A DNA stretch of 64,000 nt from a bacterium (GTDB lineage: Bacteria > Hinthialibacterota > Hinthialibacteria > Hinthialibacterales > Hinthialibacteraceae), in NCBI GenBank assembly GCA_963663405.2, contig CAXXSM010000130.1, positions 117,027 through 181,026 on the forward strand, in the 5' to 3' direction. Within the stretch, counting starts at the first letter, position 1; the number at the start of each line of letters is the position of its first letter. Below the pieces are notes generated by a model. The model saw only the letters and a list, made by a program, of their open reading frames with translations, was not told the origin of the DNA and did not search any database. The position numbers and the translations under genes are program-made. Positions 53,183 through 62,318 of this stretch are shown piece by piece.

Positions 53183-54529
53183 ATGCCTTTGAGTGAGGCG
53201 CTTCGCATCGAAACCCAATACCGTCGGATCGTTACCCCGATTCCTGCGCCGGATAGCATTCCCCTACTTGAAGAACTGGCGAAATATGAACCTCCATCCA
53301 TGGGTGGGCAGCCTCCTGTGATCTGGGACCGGGCCGAAGGATTCCAGGTGTGGGACCCGTATGGGAACCAATGGATTGACTTTTCGAGCGGGGTGCTGGT
53401 CACCAACGCCGGGCATGGCCGCCGGGAGACGCGGGAGGCGCTGCGGGCGCAGATCGATCGAGGGCTTCTTCATAGTTATTGTTTTCCCAATCAACCGCGC
53501 ATTGATCTGGTCAAGAAACTGGCCAGCCTGGCTCCTGATCCGTTGGAAAAAGTGTTTCTATTGACCACGGGTTCAGAAACGACCGAATGCGCGGTCAAAA
53601 TGGCCCGCACGTATGGATTGCGTAATCATGGCCCTTCAAAGATCACGATCGTTGGATTTATCAACGGCTTTCACGGCCGCACCCTCGGCGCGCAGATGGC
53701 CGGTGGTTTTGAAGCGCAGAAACAGTGGATTGTGAACCTTGATCCAAATATGGTTCACGTGCCTTATCCCGATGGTTTCCGCACGCCGGACACTTCTTTC
53801 GATCTGTTTTTGCGTACGTTGGAAGAACAAGGCGTATCCGGCGCGGATGTAGCGGGCGTATTGGTGGAGACGTATCCAGGCGCGTCGGCCGCGTTTATGC
53901 CGTTGGATTATGTCCAACGGCTGCGGGAATGGTGCGATGAAAACAACGTGTTGCTGATGTTCGATGAAGTGCAGGCGGCGTTTGGACGCTGCGGGCGCTG
54001 GTTTGGATTCGAGCATTACGGCGTTACCGCTGACTTGGTCTGTTGCGGAAAGGGGATCTCCAGCAGCCTGCCTTTGTCCGCCGTCATCGGGCGTTCGGAT
54101 GTGATGAACCTATACGGGCCGGGAGAGATGAGCAGCACCCATTCCGGCAATCCGGTTTGCTGTACAGCGGCTCTGTCCAGTATAGAAATCATTGAACGAG
54201 AGGGGCTAATCGAAAACGCCGCGCGTTTGGAAACGCCGTTGTTGGACCGCTCCCGTGCGATCATGGAGGCGTCGAACGGAACAATCGGCGCGGTGGATGG
54301 TAAAGGATTGGTCGCGGCGCTGCAGTTTGTCCGTCCTGGAACCACGGAACCGGATAAGAAACTCGCGACGCGGATTGTGCGCCGGTGTGTGGAACGCGGC
54401 CTGCTCCTCTTCGCTCCCGTCGGTGTTGGGGGAGGGACGATCAAACTGAATCCGCCTCTCTGCATTACAGAAGAGGCGTTGCTGGAAGGGATGGAAGCGC
54501 TGGAAGAAAGCGTCCGGAATGAAGTTTGA
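53183..54529 (+). CDS. Class III PLP-dependent aminotransferase (GabT/ArgD/RocD-like)
   Basis: TGSE, GFHGRT, FDEVQ..FGR.G, GKGISSSLPLSA, STHSGNP. Confidence 0.93.
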   Translation: MPLSEALRIETQYRRIVTPIPAPDSIPLLEELAKYEPPSMGGQPPVIWDRAEGFQVWDPYGNQWIDFSSGVLVTNAGHGRRETREALRAQIDRGLLHSYCFPNQPRIDLVKKLASLAPDPLEKVFLLTTGSETTECAVKMARTYGLRNHGPSKITIVGFINGFHGRTLGAQMAGGFEAQKQWIVNLDPNMVHVPYPDGFRTPDTSFDLFLRTLEEQGVSGADVAGVLVETYPGASAAFMPLDYVQRLREWCDENNVLLMFDEVQAAFGRCGRWFGFEHYGVTADLVCCGKGISSSLPLSAVIGRSDVMNLYGPGEMSSTHSGNPVCCTAALSSIEIIEREGLIENAARLETPLLDRSRAIMEASNGTIGAVDGKGLVAALQFVRPGTTEPDKKLATRIVRRCVERGLLLFAPVGVGGGTIKLNPPLCITEEALLEGMEALEESVRNEV

Positions 54530-56240
54530 AGTGGAATCCAACAACCCACCATTACAAACTATTATTCTCCAAAAAGCGCGGCAATTCGTATCAATTTATA
54601 CTTCCCGTGGGGAATTCAGGATATGGCCCCTCTATCTTTTTTCCGTGCTGGTTTTTGGGATTTTGGCTACGATTCAGACGCCTATCGTGGAAGTCTATTG
54701 GGATATGGTGTATTACAAAGGACTGGCGCATGGGCTGTTTAATTTTTCTACCTTTGATTTATCCAAGCACTATCCCTATCCACCTTTGTACCCCATTTTG
54801 ATCTCATTCATTTTCTACGCGCCTGACTATCTCACGGTGGAATGGATTCTATCGTGGTTGAATCCAATCTATTACTTTTTAAGCCTGTACCCTTTGTATT
54901 GGCTTAGCCGGTTGTTTTTAACGCCGAAAGAGAGCGCGCTTGTTCTCCTTCTGTTTGTCTGCTATCCGTCCACGCTGTACACACAATGGACGATGAGCGA
55001 GAACGTCTCCATTCCACTTTGTTACTGCGCCGCCTATCTCGCGGCCAGATTGGTCACGGCGGATCAGCCGCGATGGAGGGATGGGCTTCTCTTTGGCTTG
55101 GTGGCCGGGGCGTGTGTGTTGACTCGGTTCCAGCTCATTTTCTTTGCGGGCGCGCTCTTGGCTTGGTTATTAGCGCGGGGTTGGATGCGAGAGAAAAAAC
55201 TCGATCCACTGTGGGGGGCTGTCTGGGCGGCGGGCGTCAGTGTGTTGACTGTCTGGTGGATTTTGGGGTATTTAACGGTCAGTGAATCGAGCGTGTTTTA
55301 CGCGCCCGTGGATGTGTCATCTTCCGAATCTATTCCTTCCATCGCCAGTCAGATAATCAACCGGTTTTTGTCGCATAGCGCAGCGTTGTGGATGGAGGGG
55401 GCGCTGGTCATAACGCCATTCGCGCTTCTCTGTCTTTTCCGCAACGAACGATCCGCTAAGGCGCGTGAGATTGGTTGGATGATTGTCTTCGCGGGAGTGG
55501 CGGTAATTCTTTCTGTTTCATCGTACCTTGTTTTAAGCAAGGGATTGGCGGAAATGGAGTGGTCGGTTCATCTGCGGTATGTTTGTTACTTCAATCTGCT
55601 TCTTCTGCCTTTTTGTATACCCGTTGTCACGCCGGATTTGTGGCGGAATGGATTCCGGGGGCTCCTCTTCGCTGCGCTTACGCTGGCGTTCGCGGCGTGT
55701 TTGCTGTTGCCGGATGTATGGGATGGAATGGGGCGCAGTAACCGGTTTTTCACCAACGCGCACGCTCTTGATTTTATCCATCAGATTTACAATCATGGAC
55801 CGTGGGCCGGAGCGGGATTGCTTATTCTAATTAGCTGGATCGTTGGCGTGGTTCTTCTTTGGAAGCGGGAGGTGGGAATCGGTTTGCTGGCGGCGGTTTT
55901 GCTCTACATCAATGGATGCGCGTTCGACCATCATATCCAAGCCTTGCAGTTGAAAATGAAGGAAATCGGGTACTATCAAATTCATGATTTTTGCGCGCAA
56001 TTGGAGAAAGGCCGGTGGCGCGGTATTCCGCTTTTCTGTCAAGATGATTTTGAAAACGCTTACTTGAATCCCAACATTAATTATTTTATGCAGATTATCC
56101 CCAGCGTTTTGTCTGAAAATGAGATCCGTCCGCATGGAGAGTTTTTGTACTTAACACTGCGCGAGCAAAAGGGAGGTGAACTTGTGTTTCAATCGGGGAA
56201 ACTGCGCGCCTATTTGTATCCGCCATTAGCATCCCAGTGA
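54519..56240 (+). CDS. GT-C fold membrane glycosyltransferase-like protein
   Basis: WD..YY, YPPLYP, MSEN, TR.Q, RY motifs; more than 10 TMs. Confidence 0.75.
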   Translation: MKFEVESNNPPLQTIILQKARQFVSIYTSRGEFRIWPLYLFSVLVFGILATIQTPIVEVYWDMVYYKGLAHGLFNFSTFDLSKHYPYPPLYPILISFIFYAPDYLTVEWILSWLNPIYYFLSLYPLYWLSRLFLTPKESALVLLLFVCYPSTLYTQWTMSENVSIPLCYCAAYLAARLVTADQPRWRDGLLFGLVAGACVLTRFQLIFFAGALLAWLLARGWMREKKLDPLWGAVWAAGVSVLTVWWILGYLTVSESSVFYAPVDVSSSESIPSIASQIINRFLSHSAALWMEGALVITPFALLCLFRNERSAKAREIGWMIVFAGVAVILSVSSYLVLSKGLAEMEWSVHLRYVCYFNLLLLPFCIPVVTPDLWRNGFRGLLFAALTLAFAACLLLPDVWDGMGRSNRFFTNAHALDFIHQIYNHGPWAGAGLLILISWIVGVVLLWKREVGIGLLAAVLLYINGCAFDHHIQALQLKMKEIGYYQIHDFCAQLEKGRWRGIPLFCQDDFENAYLNPNINYFMQIIPSVLSENEIRPHGEFLYLTLREQKGGELVFQSGKLRAYLYPPLASQ

Positions 56241-56246
56241 CAGATC

Positions 56247-57776
56247 TCATTCCTTTGATGAATCGATGGATTCATCATCGTTCTTCTTTTTTCCTCCAAG
56301 TTCGTATAAACGCACAGTTGAATTGATGATCACGTTTCTCGCTGTTTCTTTCAAGTACATCCGGAGTTCGCCTTTTGGGAAAAACGCTTGTTGGTTGATG
56401 ATAGCAAGGTGTGTCGCGCCTTGGCTCTCCCATTCCTGCAGCTTTTCGAGTGTGATTTGGCCGGGATCTTTAGCCAATCCCATCCGCTTCGTATAGTAAA
56501 TAAAAGAGGGATCGAAAACATCCACGACGAGTTTCGCGTCTTCTGGAATCATTTCGTCAATCGTTTTCGCCGCTCGTATCCAATGATTCTTCGTCTGATA
56601 CCAGGATCGGAACGTCCAATCCCAATAAAACAGTGTGGCGAAGATAAAAATCCCCGTAAATAGATAGTTGAGAGAAATCTTCGGGATGATGGAGGGTACC
56701 CGGAATAGATCCCAACAGGCGGAGCAAACCCGCGCGGCGGCCCACGCCAACGGCGGTAGTAAAAAGAGAAAATAGATATAGTGGGGGACGATCGCGATGG
56801 GATGAATATCCAGCGCGTAATAGACAATTATGGTCAACGTCCATATCAGAGGAATATAGGCCGCCTTCCCCTTTCGGAGAAAAAGCCCTACGCAAGCGAA
56901 TGTCAGACCCACTGGCCCCATGGTATACGCCCATAGTGATTTCCAGATCGTGCGGAAGAGATCGTGTTTCCACCAAAGCATGTAATAACTGGGATTGGTC
57001 CAATCCCGGAAGCCTTCCCGGTTGATGGTTCTCAGACTCCAGGACGAGTGCTGCTGAATCGCCCATCCATACCATAAGAGGCAGGGGAGCAGCATGATCC
57101 CAATCGAGAGCCACAACCAACCGTTCTTCCAAAACACTCGGTCACAGACCTTGCGATGGAGAAGAAAAATCGGGACGGAAATGAAGATCAACGGAGGCAT
57201 CATTAACAGCGCCAACATACCATGGATCGTCATGGCGATATACGCGCTCCATTGCCGCCGTTCCAGCCAGGCCAAATAGAATACAATGGCGAGCAGCATC
57301 AATGACAAGGCGACAGGATGGCGGTGAAAACAACGCCCGTGGTAGATCGCCTGGGGGGCGATCAGGAACCAGAGCGCCGCAAACCGGGCGGTGAGCGTTC
57401 CCTCAAACCGCCGGACAATATCAAAAAGCGCCGCCGCGCCTGCGAGGCAGAAGAGCGCGGTCAACAAACGCCCAAACCATTCATGCACGCCAAACAACCG
57501 GTAAAACCAGGAAATTACATAGGGATACAGAGGGAACTCATTCGCCCAGAGCGTGGGTTCATTTATTGTACCCCACCCGGTGATCCGTGGATCGAACAGG
57601 TTGTATCCAAATTCATAATAATTCCGCGCGATTGACGCGGTCGCTCCCTGGCGAATGGAATCTAAATCCACCAGTGGATCGGCCATTTGATATACGCGCA
57701 GCCCCAAACCGAGAACAAGAATGCAAAGCAGGGGACAATCGCGGAAGACGGTCAGGAAAGAACGAGTATTCGGCAT
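56247..57776 (-). CDS. GT-C fold glycosyltransferase (GT39/ArnT-like)
   Basis: RQ..T..IARNY, EFPLY, GRLL, HYIYF, IYYT.R.G. Confidence 0.85.
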   Translation of the reverse strand: MPNTRSFLTVFRDCPLLCILVLGLGLRVYQMADPLVDLDSIRQGATASIARNYYEFGYNLFDPRITGWGTINEPTLWANEFPLYPYVISWFYRLFGVHEWFGRLLTALFCLAGAAALFDIVRRFEGTLTARFAALWFLIAPQAIYHGRCFHRHPVALSLMLLAIVFYLAWLERRQWSAYIAMTIHGMLALLMMPPLIFISVPIFLLHRKVCDRVFWKNGWLWLSIGIMLLPCLLWYGWAIQQHSSWSLRTINREGFRDWTNPSYYMLWWKHDLFRTIWKSLWAYTMGPVGLTFACVGLFLRKGKAAYIPLIWTLTIIVYYALDIHPIAIVPHYIYFLFLLPPLAWAAARVCSACWDLFRVPSIIPKISLNYLFTGIFIFATLFYWDWTFRSWYQTKNHWIRAAKTIDEMIPEDAKLVVDVFDPSFIYYTKRMGLAKDPGQITLEKLQEWESQGATHLAIINQQAFFPKGELRMYLKETARNVIINSTVRLYELGGKKKNDDESIDSSKE

Positions 57777-57995
57777 TAGACGTTATTAACCACATTTAAG
57801 AAATGAGAATTGAACGAGCAGGTGAATTGTCCACCGGCTCCAATTCCTTGATAAACGAATTCAAACCATACCCACCAATTCTTGTACATTCAAGGTTTTT
57901 ATTTTCTATCTATACTGGGTGTGGGCATAATCTGTTTTTTCATTTTATATATATCATAACTAAAATATTGATCCTGAATTTTGTTATAATTTTAT

Positions 57996-58017
57996 GCGGG
58001 CGGGACGCCTGCGCTCC
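57996..58017. repeat. REP-like palindrome GCGGGCGGGACGCCTGCGCTCC
   Basis: Isolated GC-rich imperfect hairpin in an AT-rich intergenic region. Confidence 0.45.
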
Positions 58018-58044
58018 ATTACCCTTGATCTGGAGGACCTTTTT

Positions 58045-58995
58045 ATGAAATCGCGCTGGTTGTTTCTTATAGGAATAATGATTCTCGCTATGAATCAAGT
58101 TCCCGCATTCGCGGAGGATTACGCGGAGTTTCGATCGGAGGAACTTCGCTGTGTGATTGGGAACAACGCTTCGATGGGTGAGCATCGTGAGGGATACAAT
58201 GGTGTTTTTAATCTCACATCGATTCACCAGGCGGAGACGCTTTTCGTTCCCGCGTACGCTGGGTTGAATCTAGAGCATTATTTTGACGGCTCGGACGCAG
58301 GGAAGGACCGGAAGATTCTTTTTGAACCCCGCGTGTCTCCGATGGAATTCCGGAAAATCGATGATCGGACGGCTATGCTCCATCAACCGCCCACACCGTA
58401 TTGGAATGTGGAAAGCACGACTTCATTTCAGCTAAAAGATCCATACTACATCGATGTGACATTCAAGTGTGTTCCTCGTAAAAAGCGATTCCAAGGCGGC
58501 GCGATGGGCGTGTTCTGGGCGAGTTATATCAATGAACCCTCGGATAAGAGCATTTATTTCCTGCGGCGCGGCGCTACGCTTGACCATCCGCTATGGCAGC
58601 AGTTTTGTACCCAATATCACGACCGGGACAGCACCGTTAAACACGAAGCCGATCCTTTTGAATGGACGTTCGTTCCTACCGCGCCAAAATCGCTCTTTTC
58701 CAATATCTCCGCCGTCACCTACGCGGAGCCGTTTTATTTTGGACGGCGGGAAAATATGGTCTGGATTGTTCTTTTCGAGAAGTCAGAGGGCATCCGTTTC
58801 GCTCATTCCCCCTCCGGTGGGGGGCACAACCGCGCGGGAGATGACACCTGTCCGGCTTGGGATTTTCAGTTTATTGTGCCGGATTATCAGGTGGGGAAAG
58901 AATACACGATGGAATACCGTGTGGCGTATAAACCGTGGGTGGACCGGGCGGATGTTCTTAACGAAGCGCGGCGGTATTTTCAACGGAGGGAATAG
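58045..58995 (+). CDS. Secreted hypothetical protein (beta-rich, possibly galactose-mutarotase-like)
   Basis: GGAGG RBS, signal peptide, GLNLEHYFDG, FWASYI, HSPSGGG...PAWDFQ. Confidence 0.8.
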   Translation: MKSRWLFLIGIMILAMNQVPAFAEDYAEFRSEELRCVIGNNASMGEHREGYNGVFNLTSIHQAETLFVPAYAGLNLEHYFDGSDAGKDRKILFEPRVSPMEFRKIDDRTAMLHQPPTPYWNVESTTSFQLKDPYYIDVTFKCVPRKKRFQGGAMGVFWASYINEPSDKSIYFLRRGATLDHPLWQQFCTQYHDRDSTVKHEADPFEWTFVPTAPKSLFSNISAVTYAEPFYFGRRENMVWIVLFEKSEGIRFAHSPSGGGHNRAGDDTCPAWDFQFIVPDYQVGKEYTMEYRVAYKPWVDRADVLNEARRYFQRRE

Positions 58996-59019
58996 GCTGG
59001 TTGGTTGAATGTATCCCGG

Positions 59020-59736
59020 TTAGGATACGCTGTTGTTTTCTATTTTCTCCCTATAGTGTTGTACAAGATCGGGATATGTCTCCAATTCTTTTTTCCCCTT
59101 TGGTTTCAGGCAATACACTCCCCGTTCGCAGCGGTCGAACCAGCCGTAATGATTGGCGTATAAAATCGGTTGTGTTTTAGGACCTGTTCCCAGGTTTCTT
59201 AATTGCTTTGGTGTGAGTTCGCCGTGTTTTTCCAAGCAGCAGGCGATAAAAATCGCTTGTTCCCTATACGCTGTGACGAGTTTTTTTCGGACGCTGCCTC
59301 CACGATTGTATTCATCCGACCGGCCTTCGATTTCACGAAGAATCGCCATTTTCGCTCTCTTCTGTTTTCTGCGGGAGAAGGGGACAGGATGGAATTGAAT
59401 GTGGACGAGCGCGCGTCCGCCTTGGAATTTGACGAGAATTAATCCCAGTTGAAGGCGTTTTAAGAGATGCTCGATCTGTCTCCATTTTTTGGACCAGATT
59501 CCGCCGTGTGGAAAAGGGAGCGCGACATACACCGAATCACTGATCTTCTGTCTCTGCGTAGCCTGTAGCAGAAGGATCGTGTTGAATCCCCGCTTCATCT
59601 CAATGATGATTAATTCATCTTCTTTGACGGCGGTGATATCACAATGATTCACTTCGCTGCGAACCGTGTAGCCTTGCCGGATCAAATATTGCTGAATCGG
59701 TTCATACAGATCGCTTTCGGTGATGGGCTTCTTCAT
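59020..59736 (-). CDS. DUF2161 family PD-(D/E)XK nuclease-like protein
   Basis: ESDLY.P, GYTV.SEV..CD, EMK, LLQA..RQ, TAYRE.A, N.YGWF.R..RG.Y. Confidence 0.85.
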   Translation of the reverse strand: MKKPITESDLYEPIQQYLIRQGYTVRSEVNHCDITAVKEDELIIIEMKRGFNTILLLQATQRQKISDSVYVALPFPHGGIWSKKWRQIEHLLKRLQLGLILVKFQGGRALVHIQFHPVPFSRRKQKRAKMAILREIEGRSDEYNRGGSVRKKLVTAYREQAIFIACCLEKHGELTPKQLRNLGTGPKTQPILYANHYGWFDRCERGVYCLKPKGKKELETYPDLVQHYREKIENNSVS

Positions 59737-59757
59737 TACATCCTGCGATTTAGAGCG

Positions 59758-61083
59758 TTATAAAACCCAAGGCTCCCGCATTGGGCGGGAGAGCATCCAA
59801 TTGGCGGGTGGATCGTCGATAAAGCGTTCCTTGTCCGGATCCCATTGGAGTTTTCGGCCCAACAGCATGGAGATGTTCCCGATGTGCGCGATAGAGATTG
59901 TCCGGTGGCCGATCTCCGCTGGGGCGTAACAAGGTTTGCGCGTGATTACTCCATCCAAGAAATTGCGCTGCTCTCCAGCGGGGCATGTGTATAGATTGGT
60001 TTCGTTTGGGCCGATTTCCGAATCTAAGATGGAGGCGGGATTCGCTTCGAGCGGGCCTCTCCAGCCCCGGTTTCCGATCCAGCCTTCGCTCCCTTCGAAC
60101 CGGATGCCGGGCGCGCGGGAGGCGACGATCAGCTTGACGTCATTGGCGTATTTGTATTCAATCCGGAAGCCGGTCGCCGTGTTGTATAGACCTTTCGGGG
60201 GGAACCAGCCTTGTCCTTCCACTTCGATAGGGCCTGTATGTTCGGTGTCGTTTCCCCACTGAGCGATATCGATCAAGTGCGCGCCCCAATCGGTCAGCAT
60301 ACCCCCTGAATAATCGTAAATCCAGCGGAAATTCCAATGACACCGGGCGGCGCAGTACGGCGCTTCCGGCGCTTGACCGAGCCACATGTCATAGTCGAAT
60401 CCATTGGGAATCGGCTCCGGTTCTGTTACGGCGTCATGCACCCAATGTCCACTTGGCAGATCTACGCGGATCGCTTGCAGTTTCCCGATCCGTCCGTTGC
60501 GGACCAGTTCCACCATGCGGTGGTATTCTTTAACGGAGCGGTTTTCTGACGCGGTTTGGAAGATGCGATTCTGTTTTTTTATTGTGTCGCTGAGAATCCG
60601 TCCTTCCATTACGGTTAATGAGAGTGGTTTTTCGCACATCACGTCTTTTCCGGCTTTCGCGGCCATGACGGATGGAATGACGTGCCAGTGATCCGGTGTG
60701 GCGTTCATTACCGCGTCGATATCATCGCGCTCGATTAATTCACGAAAGTCGTTATAGTCCGCGCATCCTTTGTAGGCTCCTTTTCCTCGTTCATCAGCGT
60801 AGCGCTCTTCGATCAACGCTTTTGCGTCCAACCGCCGTTTTCTGTCGACATCACAGACGGCGATGATCTGACAGTCATTTTCTGGGAGGAACCGTTTGAT
60901 ATTCCGGTTTACGCCATGATCTCCGGTACCGATAATTCCAAGCGTAATCCGTTCACTCGGTGGAACTGTCTCTTCCATCCCCAGCGCAGAGAATGGAATC
61001 ACAATAGGGGCTGTCAGCGCGCCAGCTACAACGCTGGCGCGACGTAAAAAACTTCGGCGTGAAATATTCTTTTTTGATTTCAT
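59758..61083 (-). CDS. Tat-exported Gfo/Idh/MocA oxidoreductase
   Basis: SRRSFL Tat motif, IGTG, ATPDHWH, CEKP, DWGAHLID. Confidence 0.93.
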   Translation of the reverse strand: MKSKKNISRRSFLRRASVVAGALTAPIVIPFSALGMEETVPPSERITLGIIGTGDHGVNRNIKRFLPENDCQIIAVCDVDRKRRLDAKALIEERYADERGKGAYKGCADYNDFRELIERDDIDAVMNATPDHWHVIPSVMAAKAGKDVMCEKPLSLTVMEGRILSDTIKKQNRIFQTASENRSVKEYHRMVELVRNGRIGKLQAIRVDLPSGHWVHDAVTEPEPIPNGFDYDMWLGQAPEAPYCAARCHWNFRWIYDYSGGMLTDWGAHLIDIAQWGNDTEHTGPIEVEGQGWFPPKGLYNTATGFRIEYKYANDVKLIVASRAPGIRFEGSEGWIGNRGWRGPLEANPASILDSEIGPNETNLYTCPAGEQRNFLDGVITRKPCYAPAEIGHRTISIAHIGNISMLLGRKLQWDPDKERFIDDPPANWMLSRPMREPWVL

Positions 61084-61101
61084 GTCGACTATCCCTTTTC
61101 C

Positions 61102-62085
61102 TTACGCGAACCAAGCGCGCTGCCGTTTTAAGTCCTGCGACAACGTTTGTTTCGCGATGATGACGTTTTCGGTTACCTGAAAATCGAACATCCCCACACA
61201 GATGAAATCCGCGCCGTTCTCGAACGCGTAGCGGAAACCGTCTTTTGGGTGAATCGCGCCCGCCGCTAAGGTTTTGAAGGCGATCCACGGTTTTTTCACG
61301 TTTTTCATATATTCGATGGTTTCTTCTGGATTGAGGCACCAAATATTATCGTGGAAATAATCGTGATCATCTTTGTCTCCTTCATACCAGCAGAAGGCTT
61401 TGCGATTCTCTTTCGGGATGACGGACCAGTATTTATCATGATGCAGTGTTTTTACATAATAATCCGCGCCGTATTTTCGTTCTTCCGCGAGGACGATCAT
61501 TTCCAGCATATGCCCGCCGATACCCGCCGGAACGCCTTTTGACTTGATGAATTCCATGCAGTCCGCCAGTTTGTCTTCATGGCCGGCGCGCAGGAATTTC
61601 TCTCCCGTCGCCCCTTGAATGTAGACCGAACAGGCGCCCGCGTCCAGCGATTGGCTGATATTGGTTTTCAAGTCATCCGGTTTGGGATGCCCTTCCGCGA
61701 TCCACTGCATCTTGCCGCCCCGCTCCGCCCAATATTTTGGGAAAATGCGGAACGGCCGTTCACTCGGATCGGCGATGATGGTATTGACGCCTTGTTCTTC
61801 AAGCGCTTCTAACGTGTCCATCACTTTTTCATCGGTGTTGTAATGCCGCATCAGCTGGTGGACGTAATCCAAATCACGGGCGTGCGCCCATCCGCTGATC
61901 AGATTCCCGCCGGAGATCAAGCGGCTTAGCTTCAACGTACTAATGGTTCCCATCGGCATCCCTTTACTGGATGTTTCCATAGCCGCCTTAGCGGATTGAC
62001 TGGAAAGGTTGGACACAAGCGCTGTCCCAGCGGACACCGCGGCCGACCGTTTTAAAAAATTCCGCCGATTCAAATTATCTGACAT
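61102..62085 (-). CDS. Tat-signal protein with aldo/keto-reductase-like fold
   Basis: NRRNFLK Tat motif, SRLISGGN, KPWIAFKTLAAG, GADFICVGMFDFQ. Confidence 0.75.
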   Translation of the reverse strand: MSDNLNRRNFLKRSAAVSAGTALVSNLSSQSAKAAMETSSKGMPMGTISTLKLSRLISGGNLISGWAHARDLDYVHQLMRHYNTDEKVMDTLEALEEQGVNTIIADPSERPFRIFPKYWAERGGKMQWIAEGHPKPDDLKTNISQSLDAGACSVYIQGATGEKFLRAGHEDKLADCMEFIKSKGVPAGIGGHMLEMIVLAEERKYGADYYVKTLHHDKYWSVIPKENRKAFCWYEGDKDDHDYFHDNIWCLNPEETIEYMKNVKKPWIAFKTLAAGAIHPKDGFRYAFENGADFICVGMFDFQVTENVIIAKQTLSQDLKRQRAWFA

Positions 62086-62318
62086 GAGAGTATTCTCCTT
62101 CAATTTCGATTATCTACAAAATACATTGTGTTTTTTTTAACAATGGAGTGTCTTGACAATCGGATATACAACAGCGTATATATAGGAAATGACCAAACGA
62201 ATTTAACTCAAAACGAAACGGACGAAAACCACTTTGGCCAACTCCGGAATTTGTCAAAAATTGGATTACATTATATCGAAGAATTTAGGAAAAGAAAAAT
62301 AGGAGTAGAGTATTTTTT

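Noticed and set aside
59020-59736. Anti-phage defence system around the DUF2161 nuclease-like gene
   Set aside because: Stand-alone gene in an operon with oxidoreductases; no partner defence genes
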